This document shows, piece after piece, positions 63,853 to 64,000 of a DNA stretch of 64,000 nt (positions within the stretch are counted from its first letter, which is position 1; each line of letters opens with the position of its first letter). Source of the DNA: Felis catus (taxonomy: Eukaryota); NCBI RefSeq assembly GCF_018350175.1, contig NC_058381.1:18352001-18416000 (forward strand), written 5' to 3'. A program made the translations under genes and the position numbers. Below the pieces are notes generated by a model. That model was not told the DNA's origin, made no database searches, and saw only the letters and a program-made list of their open reading frames with translations.

Positions 63853-64000
63853 TTTTTTTTTTTTTCAACGTTTTTTATTTATTTTTGGGACAGAGAGAGA
63901 CAGAGCATGAACGGGGGAGGGGCAGAGAGAGAAGGAGACACAGAATCGGAAACAGGCTCCAGGCTCCGAGCCATCAGCCCAGAGCCTGACGCGGGGCTCG
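63853..64000 (-). mobile_element. Young feline SINE running off the window end
   Basis: Nearly identical to the 60716-60951 copy over the visible length. Confidence 0.88.

Noticed and set aside
40668-63989. Recurring short ORFs such as [21 protein letters not shown] and [13 protein letters not shown]
   Set aside because: Translations of Can-SINE bodies, not a gene family.

Overview
Mammalian genomic DNA, almost certainly a felid (about 28 feline-type Can-SINEs plus a carnivore L1 3' end). It is the gene-dense block syntenic with human 17q11.2: SARM1 exon 1 (-), VTN (+, 8 exons, 468 aa), SEBOX (+, 3 exons, 190 aa), TMEM199/VMA12 (-, 6 exons, 208 aa), POLDIP2 (+, 11 exons, 368 aa), TNFAIP1 (-, 6 coding exons, 316 aa), IFT20 (+, last coding exon apparently inside an N gap) and TMEM97 (-, 3 exons, 176 aa). 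A repeat-rich intergenic stretch follows (about 55-64 kb). All visible exons were traced by hand with GT-AG boundaries and consistent phases. From TMEM199 to TMEM97 the genes alternate strands, sharing bidirectional CpG-island promoters and abutting or overlapping at their 3' ends. I see no wholly new gene system. The best leads are: an out-of-frame uORF overlapping the SARM1 start codon, a stop-free in-frame VTN intron 7, a phase-compatible VTN-SEBOX read-through splice, three CCAAT boxes spaced exactly 53 bp apart upstream of TMEM97, interlocked POLDIP2/TNFAIP1 poly(A) signals, and repeated reuse of SINE target sites. Gene names and human comparisons come from recall of protein sequences, not database searches. 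Repeat boundaries are approximate.
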